The notes beneath the pieces are model-generated. The model had not been told where the DNA came from and searched no databases. It worked only from the letters and a program-made list of their open reading frames with translations. Of a stretch of 64,000 nt of DNA, positions 1 through 9,283 are shown piece by piece. Source of the DNA: Candidatus Binatia bacterium (GTDB lineage: Bacteria; Desulfobacterota; Binatia; HRBIN30). Position numbers and translations under genes: made by a program. The stretch lies in contig JBBRSP010000009.1 in the NCBI GenBank assembly GCA_038245295.1, positions 32,001-96,000 on the forward strand. The letters run 5' to 3'. How positions within the stretch are numbered: the stretch's first letter is position 1; every line of letters begins with the position of its first letter.

Positions 1-563
1 GCACCAGGAGCCCTACAATCGACGCTCGTGACCAGGGGTAGGTGTACCTAGCCACCCAAACTCAACGTTTTTCGGCATTTCGGGGAAGGAGCCTCCGGAA
101 TATCTACGGTTTCTCTTCACCGAGGGCGCCTGCAGGCACTGACTTGCCCGGAATGCTCGCGCCCACGGGGCTCCGACCGATAAACCGCTGATCGGACAGC
201 GGCGTCTCACGCCGCGAACGGCGTCCTCGTGGCGTCGATAGCGGCGCAGACTCGCCGCCGGGGCACGCCTCCGAGAATTGTTCGAAGAGTTGCTACGTCC
301 CGTATTGCGGATCTCCTGCAGCCCCGCTTACGACGACGACCGCGCTCGAGCCGGGGCTTACGGATGGCCCACCGCCCGGCTGGACGGCCAGCACCTCAAC
401 GTCGCCGTCAAGCCCCCCGAGGTCGCGAGTGCGCTCGAGGAGCTCATCGATCGAGGTCGCTACGCTAAATGGGGGTCACACCCTTTTCTCATTCCGATGC
501 GAAATGGGGGTCATCCCGTTATCTCACTCCTTCAGGTATGGGCATCGCCGCAGTGCGTGTGTG

Positions 564-1403
564 TCATGTGTCGATGGTGCGCAGCGAGACTTTGGCGGTC
601 GGCGAAGGCGGCGCGTGCTCGCGAGAGTTCAGGATTGCGTCGAGCTCACGAACGAGTTCCCGCAAGCGTCGCTCGCTGGTGTCCGGTGCAAGTGAACGGT
701 GCTCTTCGATGTCCTGCACCTTCTGGTAGTTGTTGATGACGGCCCCGACGATGAGGTTCACGAGCAGGAACGTCGCGACCACAATCCAGGAGACTTGGAA
801 AGCCGTGAACGCCCCTAGGGGATGACCAGCCTGGGCAAGCTCGTATCGCATCTGGGTCCAGTCATCGCCGGTGAGAATGCGAAAGAGCGTGAAGCACGCC
901 TCATGAATGCTGGTGAAGTAGGGATGCATGGGGTGGGCATCACCCCCGAACAACTTTACCCCGATGACGGCGTAGACGTAGAACAGGATCGCCGCCAGGA
1001 GCGCCACGTACCTCATGCTGGCGACGGATCGTAGGAGAACGTCGACGATGAGCCGCAGTTCCGGGATGGTCTTGACCAGCCGTAACACCCGGAACACGCG
1101 CAGGATGCGGAGAACCGGCCCGACCCCGCCGGACGAGGGAATGAGCGCCGCGATGACGATGACGAGATCAAAGATGTTCCACCCGTTGCGGAAGAAGGCC
1201 GCCGCCGAGTCGCGACCGAGGAATCGCAGGACGATCTCCACGACAAAGATGCCGATGCAGATCGTCTCGATTGCGGCGATGGCGCGGAGCGATGTCGTAT
1301 CGGTCAGATAGGTGCTCAGGCCGATGAGCGCGGCGTTGAGCACGATGACGGCCACAACAAAGTTATTGAAGGTTGTGGACTCGATGAGCCTACGGATGCG
1401 CAT
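564..1403 (-). CDS. Ion_trans family 6-TM voltage-gated-type cation channel (bacterial Nav/Cav-like)
   Basis: S1-S6 hydrophobic segments, WNIFD in S3, S4 with RxxRxxRxxR (LRILRVFRVLRLVK), pore helix and filter TLFRILTGDDWT, S6 NLIVGAVINN. Confidence 0.9.
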   Translation of the reverse strand: MRIRRLIESTTFNNFVVAVIVLNAALIGLSTYLTDTTSLRAIAAIETICIGIFVVEIVLRFLGRDSAAAFFRNGWNIFDLVIVIAALIPSSGGVGPVLRILRVFRVLRLVKTIPELRLIVDVLLRSVASMRYVALLAAILFYVYAVIGVKLFGGDAHPMHPYFTSIHEACFTLFRILTGDDWTQMRYELAQAGHPLGAFTAFQVSWIVVATFLLVNLIVGAVINNYQKVQDIEEHRSLAPDTSERRLRELVRELDAILNSREHAPPSPTAKVSLRTIDT

Positions 1404-1562
1404 GTCAGGTTCCTCGCTCAGTGTGCGGTTTTATGGTCGACGACTCCGGTACCCTCGCGTTTTACGAGGAGCGACACGGCGGTGGTGCTGGTTCATCTCC
1501 TGGTTGTCGCGCCCGCCTGATAGCCTGCCAGTGCGAGATCGTCCCCCCACCGCGGCGCGCCC

Positions 1563-2762
1563 TCAGTGCTTCGGTCGCGCATTCCCCCCGGGAGCCGCCC
1601 TCGCTGGTATCAACACGCTCAGCATCGTTGCGAGTGCCAGTGTGCCGACAACGACCAGGAGTGACACCGTCGTGTCGATCTTGATTGGGTCGGCCTTGGC
1701 CATGCCGATCACATCCAGATATTGCGGCACGCTCAGCAGCAGCAGCTTCACGCCGACAAAAGCCAGAATCACAATCAACGCCGGCTTCAGGAATCGGAAC
1801 TTCTGAATCAACGCCGACAGGCAGAAGTACAGCGCCCGCAGCCCGAGGATCGCGAAGATGTTGCTCGTGAACACAATGAACGGGTCGGGCGTGATCGCGA
1901 AGATGGCCGGGATCGAGTCGACCGCGAACACCAGGTCGGTGATCTCAACCAGGAGCAGTGCCAGGAATAGGGGCGTGATCGCCCAGGCCACGCTCAGCGA
2001 CCCGGCTGGCGCCGGGTCCATCACCTCCTTGCCGACCGCATCCCTCGTGTACGTCGGCTTGAGGGTCCGCTTGGTGAAGAACCTCTGCCCATCGTAGAAC
2101 TCGGTCACGCGGAAGAACCTCTTGCACAACCGCACCGCGATGTTCTGCGAGACATCGTCGTTGCCCTTGATCAGGGCCATCTTCAACGCCGTCAGGATCA
2201 GGAACCCGCCGAAGACGATCAGTATCCACTGGTACTTCAGGATCAGCCCCGCGCCCAGGAAGATCATCCCGCCGCGCATGACCAAGGCGCCGATGATGCC
2301 CCAGAAGAGCACGCGGTGCTGGTACTTTGCCGGCACCGCGAAGAACGAGAAGATGAGTGCGATGACAAAGATGTTGTCCATCGCGAGCGACTTCTCGACG
2401 ACGTACCCCACCAAATACTGCTTGGCCGCTTCGAATCCCTGCACTTCGCCCGACACGATGAGCGGTGCACCGGCCTTGATCGCCTCCGCCGTGCTGTACC
2501 TGGCGGTCTCCAACCCCAACCCGAGCCAATGGCTCTCGTACGCCAAGTACACAAACCCGCTGAACGCAATGCCACACGTCAGCCAGACCACCGACCATGC
2601 GACCGCTTCCTTCATGGCGACTTCGTGGGCTTCGCGGTGGAAGACGCCGAGGTCGAGGGCCAGGAACACGATCACGAGGCCGAGGAACGCGATGTACGCC
2701 CAGATCTTCAGATCGGCCGGGTTCGACGTCGCGGAGGTAGCAAGCAGCAGCAGTTCGTTCAT
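1563..2762 (-). CDS. terC: TerC family (Alx-like) metal-homeostasis membrane protein
   Basis: Motifs EKSLAMDNIFV, QHRVLFWGIIGALVMRG, EITDLVFAVDSIPAIFAIT, FTSNIFAILGLRALYF; ATG at 2762 with AAAGGATG RBS preferred over the longer ORF start. Confidence 0.93.
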   Translation of the reverse strand: MNELLLLATSATSNPADLKIWAYIAFLGLVIVFLALDLGVFHREAHEVAMKEAVAWSVVWLTCGIAFSGFVYLAYESHWLGLGLETARYSTAEAIKAGAPLIVSGEVQGFEAAKQYLVGYVVEKSLAMDNIFVIALIFSFFAVPAKYQHRVLFWGIIGALVMRGGMIFLGAGLILKYQWILIVFGGFLILTALKMALIKGNDDVSQNIAVRLCKRFFRVTEFYDGQRFFTKRTLKPTYTRDAVGKEVMDPAPAGSLSVAWAITPLFLALLLVEITDLVFAVDSIPAIFAITPDPFIVFTSNIFAILGLRALYFCLSALIQKFRFLKPALIVILAFVGVKLLLLSVPQYLDVIGMAKADPIKIDTTVSLLVVVGTLALATMLSVLIPARAAPGGNARPKH

Positions 2763-2829
2763 GAACAGATCACATCCTTTGTACCGCACCTGCTCAGGGA
2801 AAGCAGACGCAGCGCAACGTCGCGACAAA

Positions 2830-2902
2830 ATGCTGGTCTCGCCAAGGGCGTCGATCCGCGCTCAGAAGCGACGAGGATCAAAGCCGCTCGAGTCAACCGC
2901 AT
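2830..2902 (-). ncRNA. Possible degenerate yybP-ykoY (Mn-sensing) riboswitch
   Basis: The minus strand upstream of terC has TCGTCGCTTC inside a GATCC/GGATC stem and TTGGCGAGACC, but lacks the canonical GGGGAGTA. Confidence 0.35.
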
Positions 2903-3103
2903 CCGGCGAACAAACACGGCCCGTGGGCGTACAGCCTTCAACTCAAATGTCCGTCAGAAGACTCTTCGTAGAAATCAAGCTTTTCGACGGAAGCATCAAG
3001 ACCAGCGAGGCTCAGTACGACTACATCTTGAACAAGGTCGGGGGTGCTGGCGGCACGACTGAAGGACGCGCTGTGCACCGTCGAGGTCCGCCGGTCCGGC
3101 GTT

Positions 3104-4315
3104 TTACGCGTTGGCGAACTGCCCCATGACCTCGAGCATGAGCGTGTCGTTGGTGCCGTCCATGATCGTCAGTAGTGACGCGTCGCGCATGTGCTTCTCG
3201 AGCTTGTAGTCGCGCGAGATGCCATAGCCGCCCAGCACCTGGACCATCTCCGCCGTATGCTTTACCGCCAGGTTGGTGGCGAGGATTTTGGCGGTGACGC
3301 TGGTCTTCAGATCGCCGGGGAAGTTCTGTGCGCAGTGCCAGCTCCCCTTCCAGAGCAGGGCGCGAGCCGATTCGATGGCGGCGTGAATCTCGAAGAGCCG
3401 GCGTGACACCAGTTGATGTTCCAAGATCGGCTTGCCCCACTGCACGCGTTCGCGCGAATAGGCGAGAGCTTCTTCGAAGGCGGCGCGCATGAGGCCGACA
3501 GCCAGGTATCCGGTGCCCAGGTTGCCGACTGTCATGATCGACCGGTGCAAGTACGGATAGGCATCGCCGGGAGGGAAGATCATGTGATCTTCGGGGATCT
3601 GTACGCCGTCGAACGACACGGCGGCTTGATTCAGGGTCCGCAGGCCGATCCGGTCTTGCGCCGCGCCGCGGAAGACCCCGGCCGCCTCACCGGGCACGAT
3701 GAAGGCACCTGAGCCCTTGAGGCCTCGTTGTGGTTCAAGGCACGCAAAGATCACGTAGTTGTCGGCAATGTTACCGTTGGAAACGAAGTTCGACTTGGTG
3801 CCGTTGAGTTCGAAGCCGTTGGCCGTCTTCGTCGCGGTGGTGCGATGGTGGATGGAAATATCCTCATAATTCTTGCCGTCAGAGCCGATGCTCGGTTCGC
3901 TGCTACCCCACGCTGTGATGCGTTTGCCGGTGGTGTCCTCGCAGAACGGCACGACATATCGTTCGATCAGTTTCTGGTTGCCGGGCGTGAGAAAGCCGAT
4001 GAGTCCGGGCACGACCGAGCCGGCGATCAGGGCGGCCGCAAAGCCGCAGCCGTGGCGGCCTAGCTCTTCCCACACCATGCCGGTGGTGGCGGGATCAAGC
4101 CCCAACCCGCCGTACTCTTGCGAGATGGTCATTTTGTGAAAGCCGAGATCGAAGGCGCCGGCCAGAGTCGTTTTGAAGAGGTAGGTCTTGAAGGTCTCGT
4201 TGGGATCGGCAATCCGATCGAGCGCGATCTCCGCGGGTTCGAGCACTTCACGGCCGAAAGCCCGGGCCGTCTCGATGATCTGCACTTGGGTTTCGTTGAG
4301 CGTGAAATCGGCCAT
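3104..4315 (-). CDS. Acyl-CoA dehydrogenase family protein
   Basis: YGGLGLD, SEPSIGSD, LNGTKSNFVSNG, RVQWGKPI, QVLGGYG, IMDGTND motifs. Confidence 0.93.
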   Translation of the reverse strand: MADFTLNETQVQIIETARAFGREVLEPAEIALDRIADPNETFKTYLFKTTLAGAFDLGFHKMTISQEYGGLGLDPATTGMVWEELGRHGCGFAAALIAGSVVPGLIGFLTPGNQKLIERYVVPFCEDTTGKRITAWGSSEPSIGSDGKNYEDISIHHRTTATKTANGFELNGTKSNFVSNGNIADNYVIFACLEPQRGLKGSGAFIVPGEAAGVFRGAAQDRIGLRTLNQAAVSFDGVQIPEDHMIFPPGDAYPYLHRSIMTVGNLGTGYLAVGLMRAAFEEALAYSRERVQWGKPILEHQLVSRRLFEIHAAIESARALLWKGSWHCAQNFPGDLKTSVTAKILATNLAVKHTAEMVQVLGGYGISRDYKLEKHMRDASLLTIMDGTNDTLMLEVMGQFANA

Positions 4316-4317
4316 GG

Positions 4318-5091
4318 CTACGCATCCGGCGCGGTGAACATGTCGGTCATTTTGAAATAGTAAGGCAGGAAAGCGGCGCCATCGACTTCGGCGAGCACTT
4401 TTCCGGGGAGCATGCGATTGCTGCTCTCAATCACGAACGCCATGAGCATCTGCAGTTCGCCGAGCTCGCTCCACGGCTCCAGTGCTGAGGGCCGAAGCGT
4501 GAGCTCCGGCGTGCCGATCTCGACGCTCCGGGGCTCGATCTCGGTCTGTTGGCGGACGAGAAAAACCGGTCCGTCGAAGCCGGGTTCCAGGTCGGCGCGT
4601 GGCATCCCCTTGAACAGGTACGTAGGCCCCTGCGGCGGCAAGTCGGGCAGAGTACCCGACAACGCGATGTCGAGATCGATGAACCGGTCTCCGCCGCGTT
4701 CGACCCACCCCCGGGCGTGTTCGGCGCTCCGCTCGAGATGGATCTTCGCCGCCTTCTTGGGAAAGCCGTAGATGTCGCGGCCGTTGTGCAGGCGGCTCGC
4801 GTCACTGTCGATCGGCATCGACAGGCAGTAGCTCCCCGGTTGCCCTTGGTAACTGCAGCGGAGGAATAGCGCGGCTTCGCGGTAACCAGGCCCCAGATTG
4901 GTTTCGCCATATTCGGCGATGAAGATGAGGCCGCCCGGCATGGTCGCCTGTTCGAGCGGCGGCGGTAACAACCGGCGGGTTACCTCGGCATCAGCGCCGA
5001 ACATTACTCCCATCATGGTTGCCTGCGGGAAATGTCGCACCTTCAGGCGATAGTAGCTGGCGAGTTCCTCAACGGACTTCACGAATCCCAT
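4318..5091 (-). CDS. Acetoacetate decarboxylase-like (ADC superfamily) protein
   Basis: LLPPPLE, GPGYREAAL, GRDIYGFPKK (Schiff-base Lys motif); ATG 5091 with GAAGGAGG RBS. Confidence 0.88.
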   Translation of the reverse strand: MGFVKSVEELASYYRLKVRHFPQATMMGVMFGADAEVTRRLLPPPLEQATMPGGLIFIAEYGETNLGPGYREAALFLRCSYQGQPGSYCLSMPIDSDASRLHNGRDIYGFPKKAAKIHLERSAEHARGWVERGGDRFIDLDIALSGTLPDLPPQGPTYLFKGMPRADLEPGFDGPVFLVRQQTEIEPRSVEIGTPELTLRPSALEPWSELGELQMLMAFVIESSNRMLPGKVLAEVDGAAFLPYYFKMTDMFTAPDA

Positions 5092-5309
5092 CTCGTTCGC
5101 CTCCTTCTCCGGGCAAGCCTTCGACGATTGCGATTTGCCTGTCCGGGCCCTTGCCGATCGACGACGCTGGGTGCGACGCGTCAAGCGGTGCCGCCCAGTG
5201 TGCCGACGGGAGTCTACTCAAGGCACCATTGCACAATTCGAGTGTTGGCGCGCCTCTGTCGCACGCGCATTCTGTCTAATCGCCGCTTGCCGCGAGCTAA
5301 TGGGGAGAG

Positions 5310-5408
5310 CGCAAGTTGGACACCCATCCACAAGACTCGGCGATTGTGCCGTGAGATCAGCGCCTTGGATGAACGCACCGCTTAGCGACTGCCACTGGGC
5401 GGAGATGG
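5310..5408. repeat. 99-bp dispersed repeat, copy 1 (REP-doublet/MITE-like)
   Basis: 93/99 identical to 11809-11907 by manual alignment; GGACACCCATC ... GATGGGGGTCC imperfect terminal inverted ends. Confidence 0.9.
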
Positions 5409-5460
5409 GGGTCCTTCTTGCCGCCTCTCGCTTGCGCGTGCGAAGAATTTCAACGGACTG

Positions 5461-6372
5461 CTAACCCCAGGTGCTCGCGATGCCGTGCGCCTGCAGCGTG
5501 CCCATGATCTCGTCCCGATCGGGCTCCGCGGCCAGATTCAACGGGGCCTGGGCCGTGCACAGCCCGGCCAGTTTGGCTTCCCAGAGGGCGTGATATGGAA
5601 GCAGCGTGATCTCCCCGAATCCCACCGTTCGCAGTTGCTGCGCCACGGCGGCCAGCGTGGAGCGATCGCTATTCATTCCCGGAACAATCGGCATCCGAAC
5701 AGTGAGGTTCGCCGCCTGGCCGGCCAACCAGGCCAGGTTGTCCAGCACGTGGGCGGCGTCGCCTCCGGTCCACTGCCGGTACCCGGCGTCATTCCCGGCC
5801 TTGAGATCGAAGTACACTGCGTCCAGAAAGGGCAGCAGGGGCTCCAGCATTCGCCGCGCATAGTGGCCGGCCGTCTGCAGCAGGATGTGCACGCCCTGCT
5901 GCTTCAGCAGCGGCAGCAAGGCCTGCAGGAACGGCGACTGCAACACGGGCTCTCCACCCGACAACGTCACACCGCCACCCGAGGAAACGAAGTAGGACCG
6001 GTCGGCCAGACAGAGTTCGGCCAGTTCCTCGGGCGAGTAGTACCGGCCCACCATGCGCAAAGCCCCGCTGGGGCAGACCGCCGGGCATTGACCGCAATGG
6101 TCGCAGCGGTCCCAGTCGATTGGTGTCGTGGACCAGGGCGCCAACGCATCCCGGGGACAGACCGACTCGCAGAGCCGGCAATCGGGCAGGCACCGGGACG
6201 ACGAGAACATCAGCTCGGGGACAGGCCGCAAGGACTCGGGGTTCTGGCACCATCTGCATCGCAGGGAACAGCCCTTGAAGAATACGGTCGTCCGAATACC
6301 CGGACCGTCGTGCAACGAAAACCGCTGCACATCAAAAACCAGTCCCTCGACCCGCGGCGATTCCTCAGCCAT
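5461..6372 (-). CDS. Glycyl-radical enzyme activating protein (radical SAM with ferredoxin-like insert)
   Basis: HDGPGIRTTVFFKGCSLRCRWCQNPE (CxxxCxxC), two extra Cys clusters, GGGVTLSGGEP. Confidence 0.96.
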   Translation of the reverse strand: MAEESPRVEGLVFDVQRFSLHDGPGIRTTVFFKGCSLRCRWCQNPESLRPVPELMFSSSRCLPDCRLCESVCPRDALAPWSTTPIDWDRCDHCGQCPAVCPSGALRMVGRYYSPEELAELCLADRSYFVSSGGGVTLSGGEPVLQSPFLQALLPLLKQQGVHILLQTAGHYARRMLEPLLPFLDAVYFDLKAGNDAGYRQWTGGDAAHVLDNLAWLAGQAANLTVRMPIVPGMNSDRSTLAAVAQQLRTVGFGEITLLPYHALWEAKLAGLCTAQAPLNLAAEPDRDEIMGTLQAHGIASTWG

Positions 6373-8998
6373 GCATCGTTCGGTCGATCAGCTCGTCCTG
6401 CATCGCCCGCGTCAGATCGCAGAAATACGCGGAATAGCCCGAGATCCGAACGACCAGATCGCGGTACGAGGCAGGATCGGCCTGGGCCGCCCTCAGTGTC
6501 TGTGAATCGATAACGTTGAACTGGACCTGGGCGCCCCCCTGGGCAAAATAACCGCGGACGAGACCAAGAACCGCCGCCGCGCCCCCCGAACCGTTGGCCA
6601 GGGCCGGATTCAGCTTCAGATTCATGACCATGCCGTTGCCCGGTGTGGGCACGCGGGCGGCCGAGTTCAGGGCGGCCGTCGGCCCCCGGCTCTCGCTGCC
6701 GATCTGCGGAGAAATGCCATTGCCCAGCGGCCGGCCGGCGCGGCGTCCCGACGGCAGCGCCCCCGTGCGGCTACCCATGCCCTGGTGTGTGGTCATGCCC
6801 CAGAAACCGGCCACATAGCGCCCACCTCTCGGATGGGGCAACCGGCCCACCTCTTCGATGTAGATCCGGGCAACGGCCGCGGCCATCTCGCCGCTGCGCG
6901 GATCATCTTCGCCGTATTTGGGCAGTCGCCAGCGCAGCCGCTCCGCCAACTCGGACTCGCCGGCGAAATCGTCGTCCAGCGCGGCCAGCAGCCGCTCGGG
7001 TTCGAGTTCGCCGGAAAACACCAGGGCCTCGACGGCCACCACGGAATCGACCACATCGGCCAGTCCTATGCCCTGCAGGCCGCTCGTGTTGATATCAGCG
7101 CCCCCGGCCGTCACATCGCGGGCCCGCGCCACACATCCTTCGATGACCGTAGACAACAAGGGCGTCGGCCGCAGCAGCGCGTGAACCCGCTCGATGGCTC
7201 CGTTAGCAGTTGCGGCCCGCTCCAGTACCGCCCGCAACTGCAAGCGGAACGCCTGCAGCAAATCGTCCACCGTGCGTAGCTGCGGCAAGGGCGGGGTGGC
7301 TGGCCCTACCGCCTCGCCGTTCAGCATCCCGCCGCGTAACGCCAGTTCCAGGCAGTGCGCCAGATTGACCGTGCCAGCTCCAGCCGCCGGAAAAGAACAG
7401 CCTGGCACGCCCCATTCGGCGCAGCCGACGATGGAATAATCCCGGGCGCGTGTTGGGTCGATGCCGTCGCGCATCAGCGCCGGCACCACGGCCTCGTCCG
7501 AGAAGAACGCCGGCATCCCGCCACCCCGCCCCACGGTGCGAGCGCACAAATCCAGGAAGCCCGGATCCGAGCCGGAGTGCACGCGCACGTGGATGTTGGG
7601 TTGCCTGAGGCGCATCTGGTCGTAGGCCAGCAGGAACAGTGACGACAGCTCGTTGCTGGCGTCGGTTCCGTCGGCGAGCACGCCGCCCAGGGTGATCCCG
7701 GAAGCGGACGAAAGACCACTGACGTACTCGGTCACGCGCGAAAAGAGCAGGGGCAGCAATTCCGCCGCTTTGCCCAGAAAGCACCCCAACAACTCGACCG
7801 CCCGCGCCGGCGTCAACCGACCCGCGGCCAGGTCGTCCCGGTAATAGGGCAGCAGCAACTGATCCAGGCGCCCGAAGGACATCCCATGTTGAAAGTTCTC
7901 CTGATGCAACATCGCGTGAACGAGGATGATGCTCTGCAGTGCCTGATGAAGGGTTCGTGCCGGATGTTCGGGGACCACGGCCAGGATGTCGGCGAGTTCG
8001 GAGAGTTCGGCGCGGCGCTGAGCGTCGGACTCGCCGGCTGCCAGCTCGAGGAGGTGCTGCCGCCAGCGCCGGCCGTAATCGCAGGCCGCCTGCGCCGAGA
8101 TCGCCGATGCGTCCAGCATCGCCAACTGCTCGCGTTGCCCACGGCTGGGGCGGCCGCGGTCGATCTCGTCGAGCAGAGACCGGCGGCGCGCCTCGATCTC
8201 CGCCGCGATGCCGGCAAATCCCAGACGCAGAACCTTCCCGTGATCGGGCGTCACGTGCGATATGCCTGCAATCTGGCTGAGGGCGAAGGACCGCCCTTCT
8301 TTCATTTCGAGCAACAGCCGCTGATCGCCGATCCAGCCCGGTGCGTGGGCCATGACCGAGCGGTTAAACCAGAACGGAAAGATGCGTTCCTGCAGGTCCT
8401 TCACCTGGGCAGGCGTTGTCGCCAGCGGATTGACGGACCGCGTCGACAGGTCGGCCAAGTCACCCAGCATCAACATACCGGCAAAGTCGGGATGAATGGG
8501 TGCTCCCATTCGCCTGGAGCTGCAGTTGCCGACGATGAGTTCGTGATCGTAGGCGCGGAGCTCCATGTGGCCCAGGACATGTCGCAACGCTTCGGCCATC
8601 AGGCGCATCTGCCGCTGCGGTTCCAGGCGCCAGCTCCGGCAATAGAGCCGCATCAACCAGGAACTTGCTGTGAGTGCGAGGGCGGTTTTCGCTCCCCGCG
8701 GGTCCGCAGCGCCCTGATCCGCGCTCCGATCCATGGCGAGCAAGGTGGAGGCGTACGCGCGGTAGTGCCAGCGCGCCAGGCGGTCCAGCAGCGGGCGGCG
8801 AGGCCAGACCCGTTGCAGGTAGTCGGTCATCAACTCGGCCTTTTGGGTACACAACTCGTACGGCGCCGCCAGCAGGTCGGCCCGCAGCCGTTGCAGGCGG
8901 GGCAAGGGGCCGATGGGTTCGTCGACCGGCATCGGCGACGGCACGGGGTTCAGAGCGGCGTAATCCAGTTGATCCATCTGTCGAGCCGTGTGTCCCAT
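6365..8998 (-). CDS. Glycyl radical enzyme (PFL2/eliminase-like), substrate unknown
   Basis: C-terminal VRISGYSAYF glycyl loop, Cys loop YSIVGCAEWG, SFGRLDQ, QPNIHVR; ATG 8998 with AGAGAGGT RBS; stop overlaps the activase start. Confidence 0.95.
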   Translation of the reverse strand: MGHTARQMDQLDYAALNPVPSPMPVDEPIGPLPRLQRLRADLLAAPYELCTQKAELMTDYLQRVWPRRPLLDRLARWHYRAYASTLLAMDRSADQGAADPRGAKTALALTASSWLMRLYCRSWRLEPQRQMRLMAEALRHVLGHMELRAYDHELIVGNCSSRRMGAPIHPDFAGMLMLGDLADLSTRSVNPLATTPAQVKDLQERIFPFWFNRSVMAHAPGWIGDQRLLLEMKEGRSFALSQIAGISHVTPDHGKVLRLGFAGIAAEIEARRRSLLDEIDRGRPSRGQREQLAMLDASAISAQAACDYGRRWRQHLLELAAGESDAQRRAELSELADILAVVPEHPARTLHQALQSIILVHAMLHQENFQHGMSFGRLDQLLLPYYRDDLAAGRLTPARAVELLGCFLGKAAELLPLLFSRVTEYVSGLSSASGITLGGVLADGTDASNELSSLFLLAYDQMRLRQPNIHVRVHSGSDPGFLDLCARTVGRGGGMPAFFSDEAVVPALMRDGIDPTRARDYSIVGCAEWGVPGCSFPAAGAGTVNLAHCLELALRGGMLNGEAVGPATPPLPQLRTVDDLLQAFRLQLRAVLERAATANGAIERVHALLRPTPLLSTVIEGCVARARDVTAGGADINTSGLQGIGLADVVDSVVAVEALVFSGELEPERLLAALDDDFAGESELAERLRWRLPKYGEDDPRSGEMAAAVARIYIEEVGRLPHPRGGRYVAGFWGMTTHQGMGSRTGALPSGRRAGRPLGNGISPQIGSESRGPTAALNSAARVPTPGNGMVMNLKLNPALANGSGGAAAVLGLVRGYFAQGGAQVQFNVIDSQTLRAAQADPASYRDLVVRISGYSAYFCDLTRAMQDELIDRTMHG

Positions 8999-9131
8999 GA
9001 GCGCACCTCTCTCTTGCAGAAGTGTCTGCACCTCATTCGCATGTGGTCGTGCATACGGTTCGAGCAACGTCGGCGCGTCGGCCTAGGCGCGGTGGGGTTG
9101 CAGAAACAGCAGCCGAGACGTCCACGAGCTG

Positions 9132-9160
9132 CTTATACGCAATTCGCGCTAACTAGTCAA
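9132..9160 (-). promoter_or_regulatory. Sigma70-type promoter for the GRE operon
   Basis: Minus strand reads TTGACT-17 nt-TATAAG. Confidence 0.7.
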
Positions 9161-9174
9161 CCATGACTAATTAG
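9149..9174. promoter_or_regulatory. Palindromic operator 1 (probable TetR site)
   Basis: CTAACTAGTCA-ACCA-TGACTAATTAG with 10/11 arm symmetry, overlapping the -35 of the GRE promoter. Confidence 0.7.
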
Positions 9175-9237
9175 ACTTGCCGCGGCGTCGTGGCCCTTCG
9201 TCTACCGTGGGGAAATGCTCAGGACAGCCGCAACTTG

Positions 9238-9257
9238 AATAGTCAGACTTGACCATT
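9238..9257. promoter_or_regulatory. Palindromic operator 2 (probable TetR site)
   Basis: AATAGTCA-GACT-TGACCATT, sharing the TAGTCA-N4-TGACYA core with operator 1, just upstream of the TetR gene. Confidence 0.65.
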
Positions 9258-9283
9258 TTACCGGGGCTGCGTAAAGAGACGAC

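Noticed and set aside
6365..8998. Calling the GRE pflB or cutC
   Set aside because: It lacks the PFL Cys-Cys motif, has no microcompartment or choline context, and no specific family can be supported by eye
9062..9150. Integron attC-like site (loosely similar to 11700-11800)
   Set aside because: No matching RYYYAAC/GTTRRRY pair with L-box structure and no integrase; the region is better explained as the GRE promoter
7886..9166. 426-aa plus-strand ORF
   Set aside because: Antisense shadow of the GRE, expected in high-GC DNA, with no motifs
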